A stretch of DNA of 30,021 nt, taken from the NCBI RefSeq assembly GCF_002803295.2, contig NZ_PGGB02000001.1:128788-158808 (forward strand). The letters run 5' to 3'. Under the pieces are notes generated by a model, which saw only the letters and a program-made list of their open reading frames with translations, was not told the origin of the DNA and searched no databases. Below, in pieces: positions 1 through 9,517 of the stretch; position 1 is the stretch's first letter, and every line of letters begins with the position of its first letter. The translations under genes were made by a program, and so were the position numbers. The stretch is from Caedibacter taeniospiralis. GTDB lineage: Bacteria > Pseudomonadota > Gammaproteobacteria > Francisellales > Francisellaceae.

Positions 1-1109
1 TCATGTTCCCCAAGAGTGGTTAGACCATTGTCTTTTAAGCTATTGATGATGGTAGCAAACTTGTCACGACTTAATTGATAGGCGCTTATTTTGGTGGGGT
101 TGCCCATGGTTTCAAAAAATGCGCGGGTTTTATCGATAGCAAGTTTGATTTTTACATCATCACTTACGTTTTTATCCACCTGCCAGACACGTTCAGCGTA
201 CTGAATAAGTTTGGCTTTTTTCTTGTCTTTTTTGTATTCCATAATGCTTGGCAGGATAATGGCTAGTGTTTGTGCGTGATCTAAACCGTAAAATGCCGTA
301 AGCTCATGTCCAATCATGTGTGTCGCCCAATCACTTTGAACACCTTGGCTAATGAGTGTATTCAATGCCAGGGTTGCTGCCCACATAATATTGGCGCGGA
401 CATCATAATTATTCGGATCAGTCAGGACTTTTTGTCCTTCTTCGATTAGTGTGCTCAAAATCCCTTCAGCAAAGCGATCTTGCAAAGGTGCATTTTGTGG
501 GAAGGTCAAGTATTTTTCCATTACATGGACAAACGCGTCAACGATGCCATTTGCCACTTGTCTAGCTGGAAGCGTATAAGTGGTTTCAGGGTCAAGTACT
601 GAAAAAACGGGGTAAACCTTCTCATGCAAGAAGGCAAGTTTCTTATTTAAAGCGCGGCGAGATATTACCGAACCTGAATTCATTTCAGAACCTGTGGCAG
701 GGAGCGTGAGTACACAACCAAAGGGTAAAGCTTCGGTAATGTCGGCACGTTTTGCCAAAATATCCCAGGGATCGCCCTTAAATTTTGCTGCAGCGACAAT
801 AAATTTAGTGGCGTCAATAACTGAGCCGCCACCCACCGCTAACACAAAGTCAATTTTTTCTTGTTGAATCAGTTTTGCCGCTTTAAGGCAAGTCTCATAT
901 TCAGGGTTAGGTTCAATCCCCGAAAATTCGATAATCTGATGTTGAGACAAAGCTTTTGTAACCTGAGCATAAACCCCGTTTTGCTTGATGCTGCCACCAC
1001 CATAAATTAATAACACCTTTCGATTTTTGGCAATCGCATCGCTTAATTGTGTAATTTGACCCTTGCCAAAATAAATACGCGTTGGGTTATGATAAATAAA
1101 ATTTTCCAT
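1..1109 (-). CDS. Iron-containing alcohol dehydrogenase, YqhD/BDH-like; C-terminus lies outside the window
   Basis: Open minus-strand frame from ATG at 1109 to the left edge (MENFIYHNPTRIYFGKGQITQLSDAIAKNRKVLLIYGGGSIKQNGVY...VLAVGGGSVIDATKF...TLPATGSEMNSGSVIS...HELTAFYGLDHAQTLAIILPSI), with GGGS motifs and the metal-site region typical of the family. Missing from the ORF track because it has no stop inside the window. Confidence 0.9.
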   Translation of the reverse strand, partial: MENFIYHNPTRIYFGKGQITQLSDAIAKNRKVLLIYGGGSIKQNGVYAQVTKALSQHQIIEFSGIEPNPEYETCLKAAKLIQQEKIDFVLAVGGGSVIDATKFIVAAAKFKGDPWDILAKRADITEALPFGCVLTLPATGSEMNSGSVISRRALNKKLAFLHEKVYPVFSVLDPETTYTLPARQVANGIVDAFVHVMEKYLTFPQNAPLQDRFAEGILSTLIEEGQKVLTDPNNYDVRANIMWAATLALNTLISQGVQSDWATHMIGHELTAFYGLDHAQTLAIILPSIMEYKKDKKKAKLIQYAERVWQVDKNVSDDVKIKLAIDKTRAFFETMGNPTKISAYQLSRDKFATIINSLKDNGLTTLGEH

Positions 1110-1220
1110 GAAGTACTCCATTTTTAGATCAATGTCATCAGAGACGAAAGAGATGTTTGATGACGATAGCAAGGCGGGATTTTAACATATGTAGACATGG
1201 TTTTGTATTGGTTTATTCAA

Positions 1221-3425
1221 TTATTGGTTGTCGTTGACTTGCTGAGTTTGCCTGATTTTTAACAAGCGTAAACTATTAAAGACAACCAAAAGAGACGCCC
1301 CCATATCGGCAGCAATTGCCATCCAGATATTGGCAAGCTCTAGAATGGCCAGTGTCATAAATACGATCTTAAGTCCCAGTGCAAAAGTAATGTTTTGTTG
1401 GATAATGGCTTTAACTCGCTTAGCGTGTTGAATAAGCCATGGTAATTTTGCCAAATCATCAGACATTAAAGCAATATCGGCTGTTTCAATAGCAACATCA
1501 CTGCCTGCATCTCCCATCGCAAGACTCAAATCCGCAGTGGCCAAGGCTGGCGCATCATTAATACCGTCACCTACCATGGCAACGGTGTGGTATTGCTGTT
1601 TTAAAGCGTTGATTTTTTCTACTTTATGCTCAGGTAATAGCTCAGAGTAAACCTCATCAAGCCCCGCTTGATCGGCAATAAATCGTGCCGCGCCCTTGTT
1701 ATCTCCCGTTAATAACACAGTTTTTATCCCAAGAGCCTTTAATTGTGTCAAGGTTTCTTTGGCATTTTCCTTGATGCTGTCAGCAACCGCGAATAACCCT
1801 AAAATATGATTGCTATTAGCGAAAATAAGCAATGAATGCCAGGTTTTTTCTAACGCCAGAATCTGATCATGAAAATCGCTTAAGTCATCGGTAATTTTCG
1901 TTTTTTCATGCAGATACTGGTGGCTTCCAATCCAGTAACCATGTTCGTCAATATCGCCTGTAATTGCTTTGCCTTTAATAACCTGGATGTTGTTTGCGAC
2001 AAACGCTCTAGCCAATTTCAATTCAGCCATTTTAGCAAAGATAGCCTTGGCTAAAGGATGATTATTTCCTGTTTCTAATGCCGCAGCTAATTGAAGCAAT
2101 TGTTCATTACTGTATTCCTTGGAGATATTGATAATAGATTGGATAACGGGTTTCCCCTTAGTGATAGTGCCTGTTTTGTCAAAAGCAATGGCTTTAAGTT
2201 TGGCGGGTATTTCTAAAAAGCTCCCGCCTTTGATTAATATGCCATGATTTGCGGCGGCACTTAAACCTGAGACGATACTCACAGGGGTGGAAATCACAAG
2301 TGCACAAGGGCAAGCAATGACAAGAATAACCAGTGCTTCATAAATCCAGTTATGCCAGCTGCCACCAAATAAAAGCGGGGGCATGAGGGCGATTAAAAGT
2401 GCCAACAGCATCATCAATGGAGTGTAGTATTTGGCAAATTGCTCAACCCACATCTCCGATTTGGCTTTGTTTGCCTGTGCCATTTCAACCTGACGAATAA
2501 TGTTGGATAAAGTTGAGTCTGTGGCAAGTTTAGTGACGCAAACATACAAAAGACCATCTTCATTTAAACTGCCAGCAAATACCACATCCCCTTCTTTTTT
2601 CTCGATAGGGAGCGACTCCCCTGTAATGGGGGATTGATTAATAAAACTCGTACCCTCCTTCACCACACCATCCAAAGGGATACGTTCACCAGGTTTGATG
2701 ATAATCGTAGCACCAATGTTTACCTCTTCGACTTTTTTAACATCGATATCTTTATGATGTGCGCAGTACACATTGGCAGTTTCGGGGGTAATTTCCAACA
2801 GGGCTTGAATGGCTTTGCGCGCTTTACCTACGCTCCAGGATTCAAGCAATATCGCAATTGAAAATAAAAATACAATCATTGCCGCCTCTAACCACTGCCC
2901 TAATAACATGGCGCCGATGACTGCAATTGTCATTAAGAGATTGATATCAGGACGTAAGCGCTTTAATGCACTCCAGGCTTTGGGATAAATATAAATGCCA
3001 CCAACAAGAAGTGACAAGGCATAGAAGATAAGCGAACTAACTGGCTGACTGCTCAGAGAGCTGTGTTCCCCAATAAGAGCATGCAAAAAACCATGATAGC
3101 TGCCATGAATGGCGTAGCCGATCAATAAAAATACTGCGCAGATAAGTGTTAAAATGCCGCGTATATGCTTGCGCCAAAAACCATCGTTATTCGTCTTCTG
3201 TTTTAGTTCATATTGCTGCCAGGTAACAAATCGATAACCTGTTGCCTTTAACCTTTTCTCAATCTCAGATGAATTAAACACTTTTTCTCGATCATGGACT
3301 ATCAGCTTGCCTTTGAGGAGGTTAAATTGTAAAAATGCCTCATCTTTGACATAAGGCAAAAGCTCGCGCTTAACTACGGAGACCTCATCTAAGCAATCCA
3401 TGCCATAAATTTTATATTCAAACAT
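1221..3425 (-). CDS. cadA: Heavy-metal (Cd/Zn/Pb-type) translocating P1B-type ATPase
   Basis: 734 aa with CPC in TM (VIACPCALVIS), DKTGT phosphorylation site, TGES, GNNHPLA (HP motif), MVGDGINDAPAL; N-terminal HMA-like domain. Confidence 0.9.
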   Translation of the reverse strand: MFEYKIYGMDCLDEVSVVKRELLPYVKDEAFLQFNLLKGKLIVHDREKVFNSSEIEKRLKATGYRFVTWQQYELKQKTNNDGFWRKHIRGILTLICAVFLLIGYAIHGSYHGFLHALIGEHSSLSSQPVSSLIFYALSLLVGGIYIYPKAWSALKRLRPDINLLMTIAVIGAMLLGQWLEAAMIVFLFSIAILLESWSVGKARKAIQALLEITPETANVYCAHHKDIDVKKVEEVNIGATIIIKPGERIPLDGVVKEGTSFINQSPITGESLPIEKKEGDVVFAGSLNEDGLLYVCVTKLATDSTLSNIIRQVEMAQANKAKSEMWVEQFAKYYTPLMMLLALLIALMPPLLFGGSWHNWIYEALVILVIACPCALVISTPVSIVSGLSAAANHGILIKGGSFLEIPAKLKAIAFDKTGTITKGKPVIQSIINISKEYSNEQLLQLAAALETGNNHPLAKAIFAKMAELKLARAFVANNIQVIKGKAITGDIDEHGYWIGSHQYLHEKTKITDDLSDFHDQILALEKTWHSLLIFANSNHILGLFAVADSIKENAKETLTQLKALGIKTVLLTGDNKGAARFIADQAGLDEVYSELLPEHKVEKINALKQQYHTVAMVGDGINDAPALATADLSLAMGDAGSDVAIETADIALMSDDLAKLPWLIQHAKRVKAIIQQNITFALGLKIVFMTLAILELANIWMAIAADMGASLLVVFNSLRLLKIRQTQQVNDNQ

Positions 3426-3478
3426 TTAATTCACCTCTTGTTGATTTAATGATTTAATGGCACTCCCTTAAGCGCTCA

Positions 3479-3648
3479 CTACCCCGCCTCGCAAGCTCGG
3501 CACCCCTTCACGAGTGAAGGGGAATTGTGGTGCATGTGTTAATTCCCCTTCGTTAGCGAAGGGGGTGAAAAGCGCCCGAAAGAAGCAAACAGTTTTGCTT
3601 CTTTAGCTTTGAACGCCACAAGCTCTGCGCGTGAGGCTGACGGGGTAG
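3479..3648. repeat. Modular multi-hairpin intergenic element bounded by CTACCCCG...CGGGGTAG
   Basis: Outer inverted repeat 3479-3486/3641-3648; hairpins CCCCTTCAC-GA-GTGAAGGGG (3503-3522), CCCCTTCG-TTAG-CGAAGGGG (3545-3564), AAAGAAGCAAA-CAGT-TTTGCTTCTTT (3579-3604). Confidence 0.75.
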
Positions 3649-3683
3649 TTTTTTATAAAACTGCTTAAGGTAGTGTCATTAAT

Positions 3684-4001
3684 TTAATGATTTTCATCGA
3701 CCCAATGCTGGTACATATCCTGCAACATATGACGCACGTGCTCATCATATAGTGCATAGAATATCTGCTTGCCTTGGCGTTCGCCTTTTATTAGGCGTTG
3801 CTGCCTCATAAGCTTTAAGTGGTGACTCACTAAAGGTTGTGATAGCTCTAGTGACTCCACAAAACAATTGACTGGGGTGGGTGACTGACTGCACATAAAC
3901 AGGATGCGCATGCGATTAGCATCTCCCATGACATGACAGACATCCGCCATTTTCTTTAAGACTGGTTCATTGATATCTAACATATATAAAAATAAATTCA
4001 T
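3684..4001 (-). CDS. ArsR/SmtB-family metal-responsive transcriptional regulator
   Basis: 105 aa winged-helix pattern GDANRMRILFMCSQSPTPVNCFVESLELSQPLVSHHLKLMRQQRLIKGERQGKQIFYAL; same strand as, and upstream of, the P1B ATPase. Confidence 0.85.
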   Translation of the reverse strand: MNLFLYMLDINEPVLKKMADVCHVMGDANRMRILFMCSQSPTPVNCFVESLELSQPLVSHHLKLMRQQRLIKGERQGKQIFYALYDEHVRHMLQDMYQHWVDENH

Positions 4002-4070
4002 ATAAAATTATTTTTATGCAATATAAGCTAGAAGATGGAAAATGTAAAGCGTTAAAGATTTGGGCGATGA

Positions 4071-4148
4071 CAATATTTTTTCCCATGATGGCGCATTACG
4101 TAGGGGTGTATTGCATACGCCTTTGTAAAAATGGGTGAAAATTCTGTC
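4071..4148 (-). repeat. Dispersed repeat, copy 1 (reverse orientation)
   Basis: Reverse complement aligns ungapped with 28831-28908, 69/78 identical by eye. Confidence 0.85.
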
Positions 4149-4168
4149 AAGCCCGAAATTTGATATAT

Positions 4169-4201
4169 ACCCATCGTAACTCATTTTATTTTACGATGGG
4201 T
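4169..4201. promoter_or_regulatory. Perfect 11-bp inverted repeat (hairpin), possible terminator or structured element
   Basis: ACCCATCGTAA-CTCATTTTATT-TTACGATGGGT. Confidence 0.45.
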
Positions 4202-4413
4202 AATACTAAAACAAAAAATTACAGGGCTTTTAACTTTACCAAGTTGGGTTAATACGATTTGAGGGGCTTGTCTTTTCAAGGGAGGACTCAAAATTATTTT
4301 AGATTTCCTTATGGCTCCATAGCTTAACATGAAATCATGGAAAATTTAAGGGATGTACCATTAGGTTCTGTGGACCAAAAAAACTACATGATTAGATTAG
4401 ATTAGATTAATTT

Positions 4414-5429
4414 AACGCCATGTTCAACTTTTTTAGGTCGAAGCTGTGTGGTAGATATTGCATAGCATAAGGAAAAGCTTTAGTTTTTAATTTGCACAAA
4501 AAAACAGGAAGCCGCGCCTTATGCTATTAGAAGACTTTATCATTTCTGTGTATTGTTTGGTAGATGATGAATTAAAAAATCTGATAAAAAAGCGACCCTT
4601 AAGAGCTCGAGGCTTTGCACCAAAGCTTTCAGATGCAGAAGTGATTACAATGGATATTGTAGGAGAATTTATGGGCAAAGACACAGACAAGGGTATATGG
4701 CAATACTTTAGAACGCACTGGCAACTCTGGTTTCCTGAGCTTGGTAGTCGTAGTAACTATGTGAAGCAATCTGCAAATTTATGGCAGGTTCATCAACAAA
4801 TACAACGTGTTCTGGCAAGCAAGCTAAGTGCTTTTGCAGATTCTATCCATTTGGCAGATGGCTTTCCAATCCCCGTGTGTCATTTTAAGCGGGCACGTTC
4901 AAGTAAAGTTTTTAGGGGGACAGCCACTTATGGGTATTGTGCTTCAAAGGAGGAAACATATTACGGCTTCAAGGGTAATATATGTGTCAGCTCAGAAGGC
5001 ATTATTACCGGGATTACGGTGACACCTGCACATATTGACGAAAGGGAATCGCTCTATGAAGTTGTGTCTGACATTCAAGGCTTATTACTTGCTGATAAAG
5101 GTTTGATTGGTCAGGATTATCAAAAAGACTTCATGCTGGAGACTGGCATTGATTTGCAGACCCCTGCGAGGAGAAATATGACAGATAGCCGAGGAAAAGA
5201 TGCCAATCGCTGGATTATATCTACTCGTAGGCTGGTGGAAACTGTTATTGGTCAATTCACTGAACGTTTTAATATGGAGAAAGTTCGTGCTCGTGATTGC
5301 TGGCATTTAACAAAGCGAATTGCCAGAAAGGTACTTGCGCATACTGTTGGTGCTGTCATATGCAAGAGTCAAGGTTATTCAGCCATACAGTTTGAGAAGT
5401 TGGGAATTTAAAAAGTTGAACATGGCGTT
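4414..5429 (+). mobile_element. IS982-family insertion sequence, about 1016 bp, apparently complete
   Basis: 20-bp perfect terminal inverted repeats AACGCCATGTTCAACTTTTT (4414-4433) and AAAAAGTTGAACATGGCGTT (5410-5429) bracket a full-length transposase ORF. No obvious target-site duplication. Confidence 0.85.
4521..5411 (+). CDS. IS982-family transposase
   Basis: 296 aa containing FRGTATYGYCASKEETYYGFKGNICVSSEGIITGITVTPAHIDERE...LLADKGLIG, typical of the IS982 DDE transposase; stop lies inside the right inverted repeat. Confidence 0.9.
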   Translation: MLLEDFIISVYCLVDDELKNLIKKRPLRARGFAPKLSDAEVITMDIVGEFMGKDTDKGIWQYFRTHWQLWFPELGSRSNYVKQSANLWQVHQQIQRVLASKLSAFADSIHLADGFPIPVCHFKRARSSKVFRGTATYGYCASKEETYYGFKGNICVSSEGIITGITVTPAHIDERESLYEVVSDIQGLLLADKGLIGQDYQKDFMLETGIDLQTPARRNMTDSRGKDANRWIISTRRLVETVIGQFTERFNMEKVRARDCWHLTKRIARKVLAHTVGAVICKSQGYSAIQFEKLGI

Positions 5430-5617
5430 TCAGTAACTAATTCGCATTTTTAAAACTTAATGACCCGTGTTACGACTGCAGAAGACCACTGAATTAGTCA
5501 CCGTGTTTAGTCTGGTAATTAAATCCCAAAAAAATCACAGTACAGCAAATCAAATCACCTATTTTCATAGGCAAAACGAGTAAAAAAAGTAAAAAAAGTA
5601 AAACGAGGTAAAACATC

Positions 5618-6742
5618 ATGATGTCAATTGGTTCTGATCGCAGTAATGCAAAGTACTTTCTGGCAACGGGTCTATTTATTTCTGGCGTTATCAATTTGGC
5701 TTTTCCTACCTTCTTAGGGGCAGGGGTGGCGATTATGTTTGTCCTCATGTTCATCAACGGTTGGGTGCAGGGCATGGGGTGGCCTGCTTGTGCACGCATT
5801 ATGACTCACTGGTTTAGTGACAAGGAACGTGGAACTAAAATGGGGATTTGGAATACTGCCCATAATGTTGGTGCAGGATGCTTAGCTATTGCCGTTGTCC
5901 CTTTGGGAATTTTTTTATTTGGAAATAACTGGCATGGTCTATTTTACCTTGCAGGGATGCTTTGTATTTTAGTGAGCGTCTTGATTATTTTGTTGGGCGC
6001 GGATACCCCACAGTCTGTGGGGCTTCCTCCCATTGAGGAATACAGTCATTGTACGCCTCCTTCTGAAACAAGCGAAATGGCCAAAAATCGTGAGAAAGAG
6101 TTAGGAGCCAGAGAGATTTTCTTCCACTATGTGCTTAATAACCCATGGATATGGACGATCGCCATTGCCAATGCCTTTGTTTATTGCGCACGTTACGGAC
6201 TTCTTAGCTGGTCAGGCTATTATCTTGTGCAGGTGAAGCATATGTCTTTGACGACCGGGCTTCTTGGCTTTGCCTTATTTGAGCTTCCTGCCATTCCAGG
6301 AACCATCCTGATTGGTTGGTTGACAGACCGTGTGTTTGGTGGCAGAAGGGCGCCGATGAATGTCATTTGTATGATTTTGTTTATTGCGGTGCTGTTTGTT
6401 TATTGGCAAAGCAACACAGCATGGGTATTGCTTACTTCGCTATCGCTAATGGGCGTACTCATTTATGGTCCTGTTGCCCTTATTGGTATTATGGCTTTGG
6501 ATCTTGCGCCCAAAAAAGCGGCAGGCACTGCAGCTGGGTTCACTGGACTCTTCGGATATTTTGTCGGTACCGTTGGTGCTCAAGCGGTGATTGGATTTAT
6601 CGCTGCCTGCTATGGCTGGAACCAGGTGTTTATTTTCTTAATTAGCGCCAGTGTTATTGCCCTTATCCTGCTTGCAGCTTGTTGGAATGTACATGAACGA
6701 AATCATGGCCATCATGGACATTTAAGGAGGACTCGGTCATGA
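5618..6742 (+). pseudogene. MFS transporter of the organophosphate:phosphate antiporter (GlpT/UhpT-like) family, 5'-truncated
   Basis: 374 aa; begins at MMSIGSDRSNAKYFLATGLF, corresponding to the internal ...GSxSDRSNPRxFL region of GlpT-like proteins. The first about 80-90 residues (TM1-TM2) are missing and there is an in-frame stop just upstream (TAA at 5609). Confidence 0.65.
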
Positions 6743-6871
6743 AAGGGATTCTAAGCACATTATCCTTTAAGTTCTGCACGCTCTTACAGCTACTGGGAGG
6801 TGCGCACAGTACAACTTAGACATTCTTCTGGAAATTTGATTCACTCAGTATTCATTGCCACAGGATGGGTA

Positions 6872-8752
6872 TTATGATTCAAGCTGAGAAAGTACCTCCC
6901 ATAGCTTATATTTTTGTTCAAGCTGAAGTTTTAGGCTTTCAAGGGTTTGCTGCATTTTTTGCATCGACTCTTTAGCCTGTTGGTAAAATGTAGGCTCCGC
7001 CATTTGCTGTTGCAATTGCTCAATGTCAACTTCCAGGCGTTCAATTTCATTAGGGAGTTCGACCAATTGCTTTTTTTCGGCAAAGCTAAGTTTCTGTTTT
7101 TTCGTTTTTGCTTTCTCGCTGGTGATTTTACTAGCTTTCTCGCTGGGCTGTTTCCCATAAGATACCTGCTTTTGGCGCAACCAGTCATCATAGCCACCAA
7201 CATATTCGCAAAGCTTAGCATCCTCTTCAAAAACTATTGTGCTCGTGGCGACATTGTTAATAAAACTTCGATCATGACTGACAATCAACACAGTGCCTTG
7301 ATAATCTAAGATAAGCTCTTCCAAGACTTCTAAGGTTTCGACATCCAGATCATTGGTTGGCTCATCAAGAATCAATAGATTGCTGGGCTTGGCAAAAAGC
7401 TTAGCCAATAACAATCGATTACGTTCACCACCCGAGAGCGATGAAGCAGGGCTTTGCATGCGTTTTGGATCGAATAAAAAGTTCTGTAAGTAACCAATAA
7501 CATGGACCTTTTGACCGTTGATATCCAAATAATCAGAACCTTCAGTGACATTTTCAACCAGTGAAGCTTCTGGATTAATTTGATCTCTTAGCTGATCAAA
7601 ATACGCAATGTGCAAATTCTCACCATGCTCAATCGAACCCTCTTTTGGTTGAAGCTGCTTTAACAATACCTGAAGCAAAGTACTTTTGCCTGAGCCGTTT
7701 TTACCCAAAATGGCAATCTTATCACCGCGCTGAATTTCACAGGAAAAGTGGGTAAAAACGGCGTGTTTATCGTAGTTAAAACTGATGTTTTTTGCTTTGA
7801 TCACCACCTTGCTTGATTTGCTGCCTTGGGAGACGTTTAGCAGGACAGTGCCTTGTTTCTCGCGGCGCTCTTTACGCTCTTCACGCAGGGCTTTTAATGC
7901 ACGTACCCGACCTTCATTTCGCGTACGTCTGGCTTTGATGCCCTGGCGAATCCAAGCCTCCTCCTGCTCAAGCTTTTTATCAAAGTGTGCATTTTGAGTT
8001 TCCTCTGCCTGCAAATAAGCTTCTTTTTGTTTAAGAAATTTCTCATAATTTCCAGGAAAACTGAGCACCTTCCCGCGATCTAGCTCCATAATGTCTGTGG
8101 CAATATTCTGCAAAAACGTGCGATCATGAGTAATAAATAAGATGCTTCCTCTAAATTGTGGTAAAAGGCGCTCTAAAAATTCAATCGATTCAATATCCAG
8201 GTGGTTAGTCGGCTCGTCAAGCAAGAGCAGATCAGGAGATTTCGCCAGTGCCTTAGCGAGTAACACACGGCGCTTAAGTCCCCCAGATAACTCGTCAAAT
8301 AAGGTGCTGCCATCCAGCGATAATTGAGATAACACCTTATCTACCTGTGCTTGAAGATCCCAGGCATGCAGATCGTCAATCTGCCTTTGCAATTGATCCA
8401 GCTTGTGTAGATTTTCCTCATTGGCAAGATCGCTTAAGAGCAGTTTTTGATAGTCGATTAACAAAAAGCCCGCGGTGTCAAATCCGGATAAGACAATCTC
8501 AAAAACAGAGCCTTTGGTATTTTGCGGCACTTCCTGCTCAAGCCAGGCGATTTTGGCGTTGTCATGCACAATACGCTCGCCATGATCAGGCAATATTTGA
8601 CCTTGAAGCACTTTAAAAAGGGAAGATTTCCCAGCACCATTGCGACCGATTAAGCAAATACGTTTATTGGCCTCGATATCTAAAGAGACGTTATCAAGCA
8701 GCTTATGATGCCCAAAGGCAAGATCAGCATTACGTAAAGAAATGATAGGCAT
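6872..8752 (-). CDS. uup: ABC-F family ATP-binding protein Uup
   Basis: 626 aa; two Walker A (GRNGAGKSS, GKNGSGKST), two signature motifs (LSGGLKRRV, LSGGERNRL), C-terminal coiled-coil domain, N-terminus MPIISLRNADLAFGHHKLLD as in Uup. Confidence 0.9.
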   Translation of the reverse strand: MPIISLRNADLAFGHHKLLDNVSLDIEANKRICLIGRNGAGKSSLFKVLQGQILPDHGERIVHDNAKIAWLEQEVPQNTKGSVFEIVLSGFDTAGFLLIDYQKLLLSDLANEENLHKLDQLQRQIDDLHAWDLQAQVDKVLSQLSLDGSTLFDELSGGLKRRVLLAKALAKSPDLLLLDEPTNHLDIESIEFLERLLPQFRGSILFITHDRTFLQNIATDIMELDRGKVLSFPGNYEKFLKQKEAYLQAEETQNAHFDKKLEQEEAWIRQGIKARRTRNEGRVRALKALREERKERREKQGTVLLNVSQGSKSSKVVIKAKNISFNYDKHAVFTHFSCEIQRGDKIAILGKNGSGKSTLLQVLLKQLQPKEGSIEHGENLHIAYFDQLRDQINPEASLVENVTEGSDYLDINGQKVHVIGYLQNFLFDPKRMQSPASSLSGGERNRLLLAKLFAKPSNLLILDEPTNDLDVETLEVLEELILDYQGTVLIVSHDRSFINNVATSTIVFEEDAKLCEYVGGYDDWLRQKQVSYGKQPSEKASKITSEKAKTKKQKLSFAEKKQLVELPNEIERLEVDIEQLQQQMAEPTFYQQAKESMQKMQQTLESLKLQLEQKYKLWEVLSQLES

Positions 8753-8773
8753 AATAGAGGGGTACTTAACAGG

Positions 8774-9364
8774 TTACATAATTTTGTTGAGCTCGGCTAA
8801 ATTGCGCGAGCCTAAGTCGTGTCCAATTTGTGCACCAAGGCGTTTCGCGATAAAGCTTGCTGAAATAATACCGCGTATCATGACTTGCCCTTGTTTGTCG
8901 TGCTCCTGCACCAGTAAATGATCAATGTATTTATCGTGCATCAAACGCGCAAGGTGCCCAACCAGAGTATCTTTTAGTACGACATAATCAATGACGGGAA
9001 GGTCATTAATTTTGGTCATTAGCATGCCTGAGGTAACCTCTTTAGGATGAACGCCTTCCTTTTGCGCAACTTGCGTGCGATGGATGCCTTGCAGTCTCTT
9101 CGCACTAATCAGTCCAGCCACTTCATCATCATTATTGACAACCAACAGCGACCTTACTTCAACCTTTTTCATGAGCTGTAAAGCATCATCTGCCAATGCT
9201 TTAAGGTGAACGATATAAGGTTTTGCTGTATGAAAGTCGGTGAAGACATGTAAGGCGGGCGTTTCTAGTGAAATTACATCGATAGTTTCAGGATGATAAT
9301 AGGGAATACTTGTTTGTGTGCGATGGGTAACGGTTTCAAGCAATTTATATTCTTTAAATGGCAT
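8774..9364 (-). CDS. CBS-domain protein
   Basis: 196 aa with tandem CBS-like segments (ALQLMKKVEVRSLLVVNNDDEVAGLISAKRL; LVGHLARLMHDKYIDHLLVQ...IRGIISASFIAKRLG). Confidence 0.75.
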   Translation of the reverse strand: MPFKEYKLLETVTHRTQTSIPYYHPETIDVISLETPALHVFTDFHTAKPYIVHLKALADDALQLMKKVEVRSLLVVNNDDEVAGLISAKRLQGIHRTQVAQKEGVHPKEVTSGMLMTKINDLPVIDYVVLKDTLVGHLARLMHDKYIDHLLVQEHDKQGQVMIRGIISASFIAKRLGAQIGHDLGSRNLAELNKIM

Positions 9365-9456
9365 AAATCAGTCCTTGTTGAGTTTGCTGTTGCCAAGTCT
9401 AATCGTACTTGTGCCGCTTTGCAAACCGAATAAAGGGATGAGTTTAATAATCCTGG

Positions 9457-9497
9457 GGCGTATGCAATACATCCCTACGCAATCGGTCACTATGGGC
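9457..9497 (+). repeat. Dispersed repeat, copy 3 (partial)
   Basis: GGCGTATGCAATACATCCCTACGCAATCGGTCACTATGGGC aligns ungapped to 28858-28898, 34/41 identical. Confidence 0.7.
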
Positions 9498-9517
9498 GGG
9501 TAGCTGGTGTCTACATA

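Noticed and set aside
4406-5437. Target-site duplication around the IS982-family element
   Set aside because: Compared 3-9 bp flanks outside both inverted repeats; no matching duplication found.
5570-5612. GTAAAAAAA-type short tandem repeat upstream of the truncated transporter
   Set aside because: Low-complexity A-rich sequence; too short and imperfect to treat as a functional repeat.
6316-6645. 109-aa plus-strand ORF overlapping the MFS gene
   Set aside because: Lies entirely within the transporter gene in another frame; composition and lack of motifs indicate a shadow ORF.
6931-7230. 99-aa minus ORF inside uup
   Set aside because: Out-of-frame overlap with the well-supported uup C-terminal coiled coil; lysine-rich shadow ORF.
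8347-8616. 89-aa plus ORF antisense to uup, plus similar antisense ORFs over gyrB, murB, prfC, folD and the RND pump
   Set aside because: Antisense to strongly conserved coding sequence with no independent evidence.
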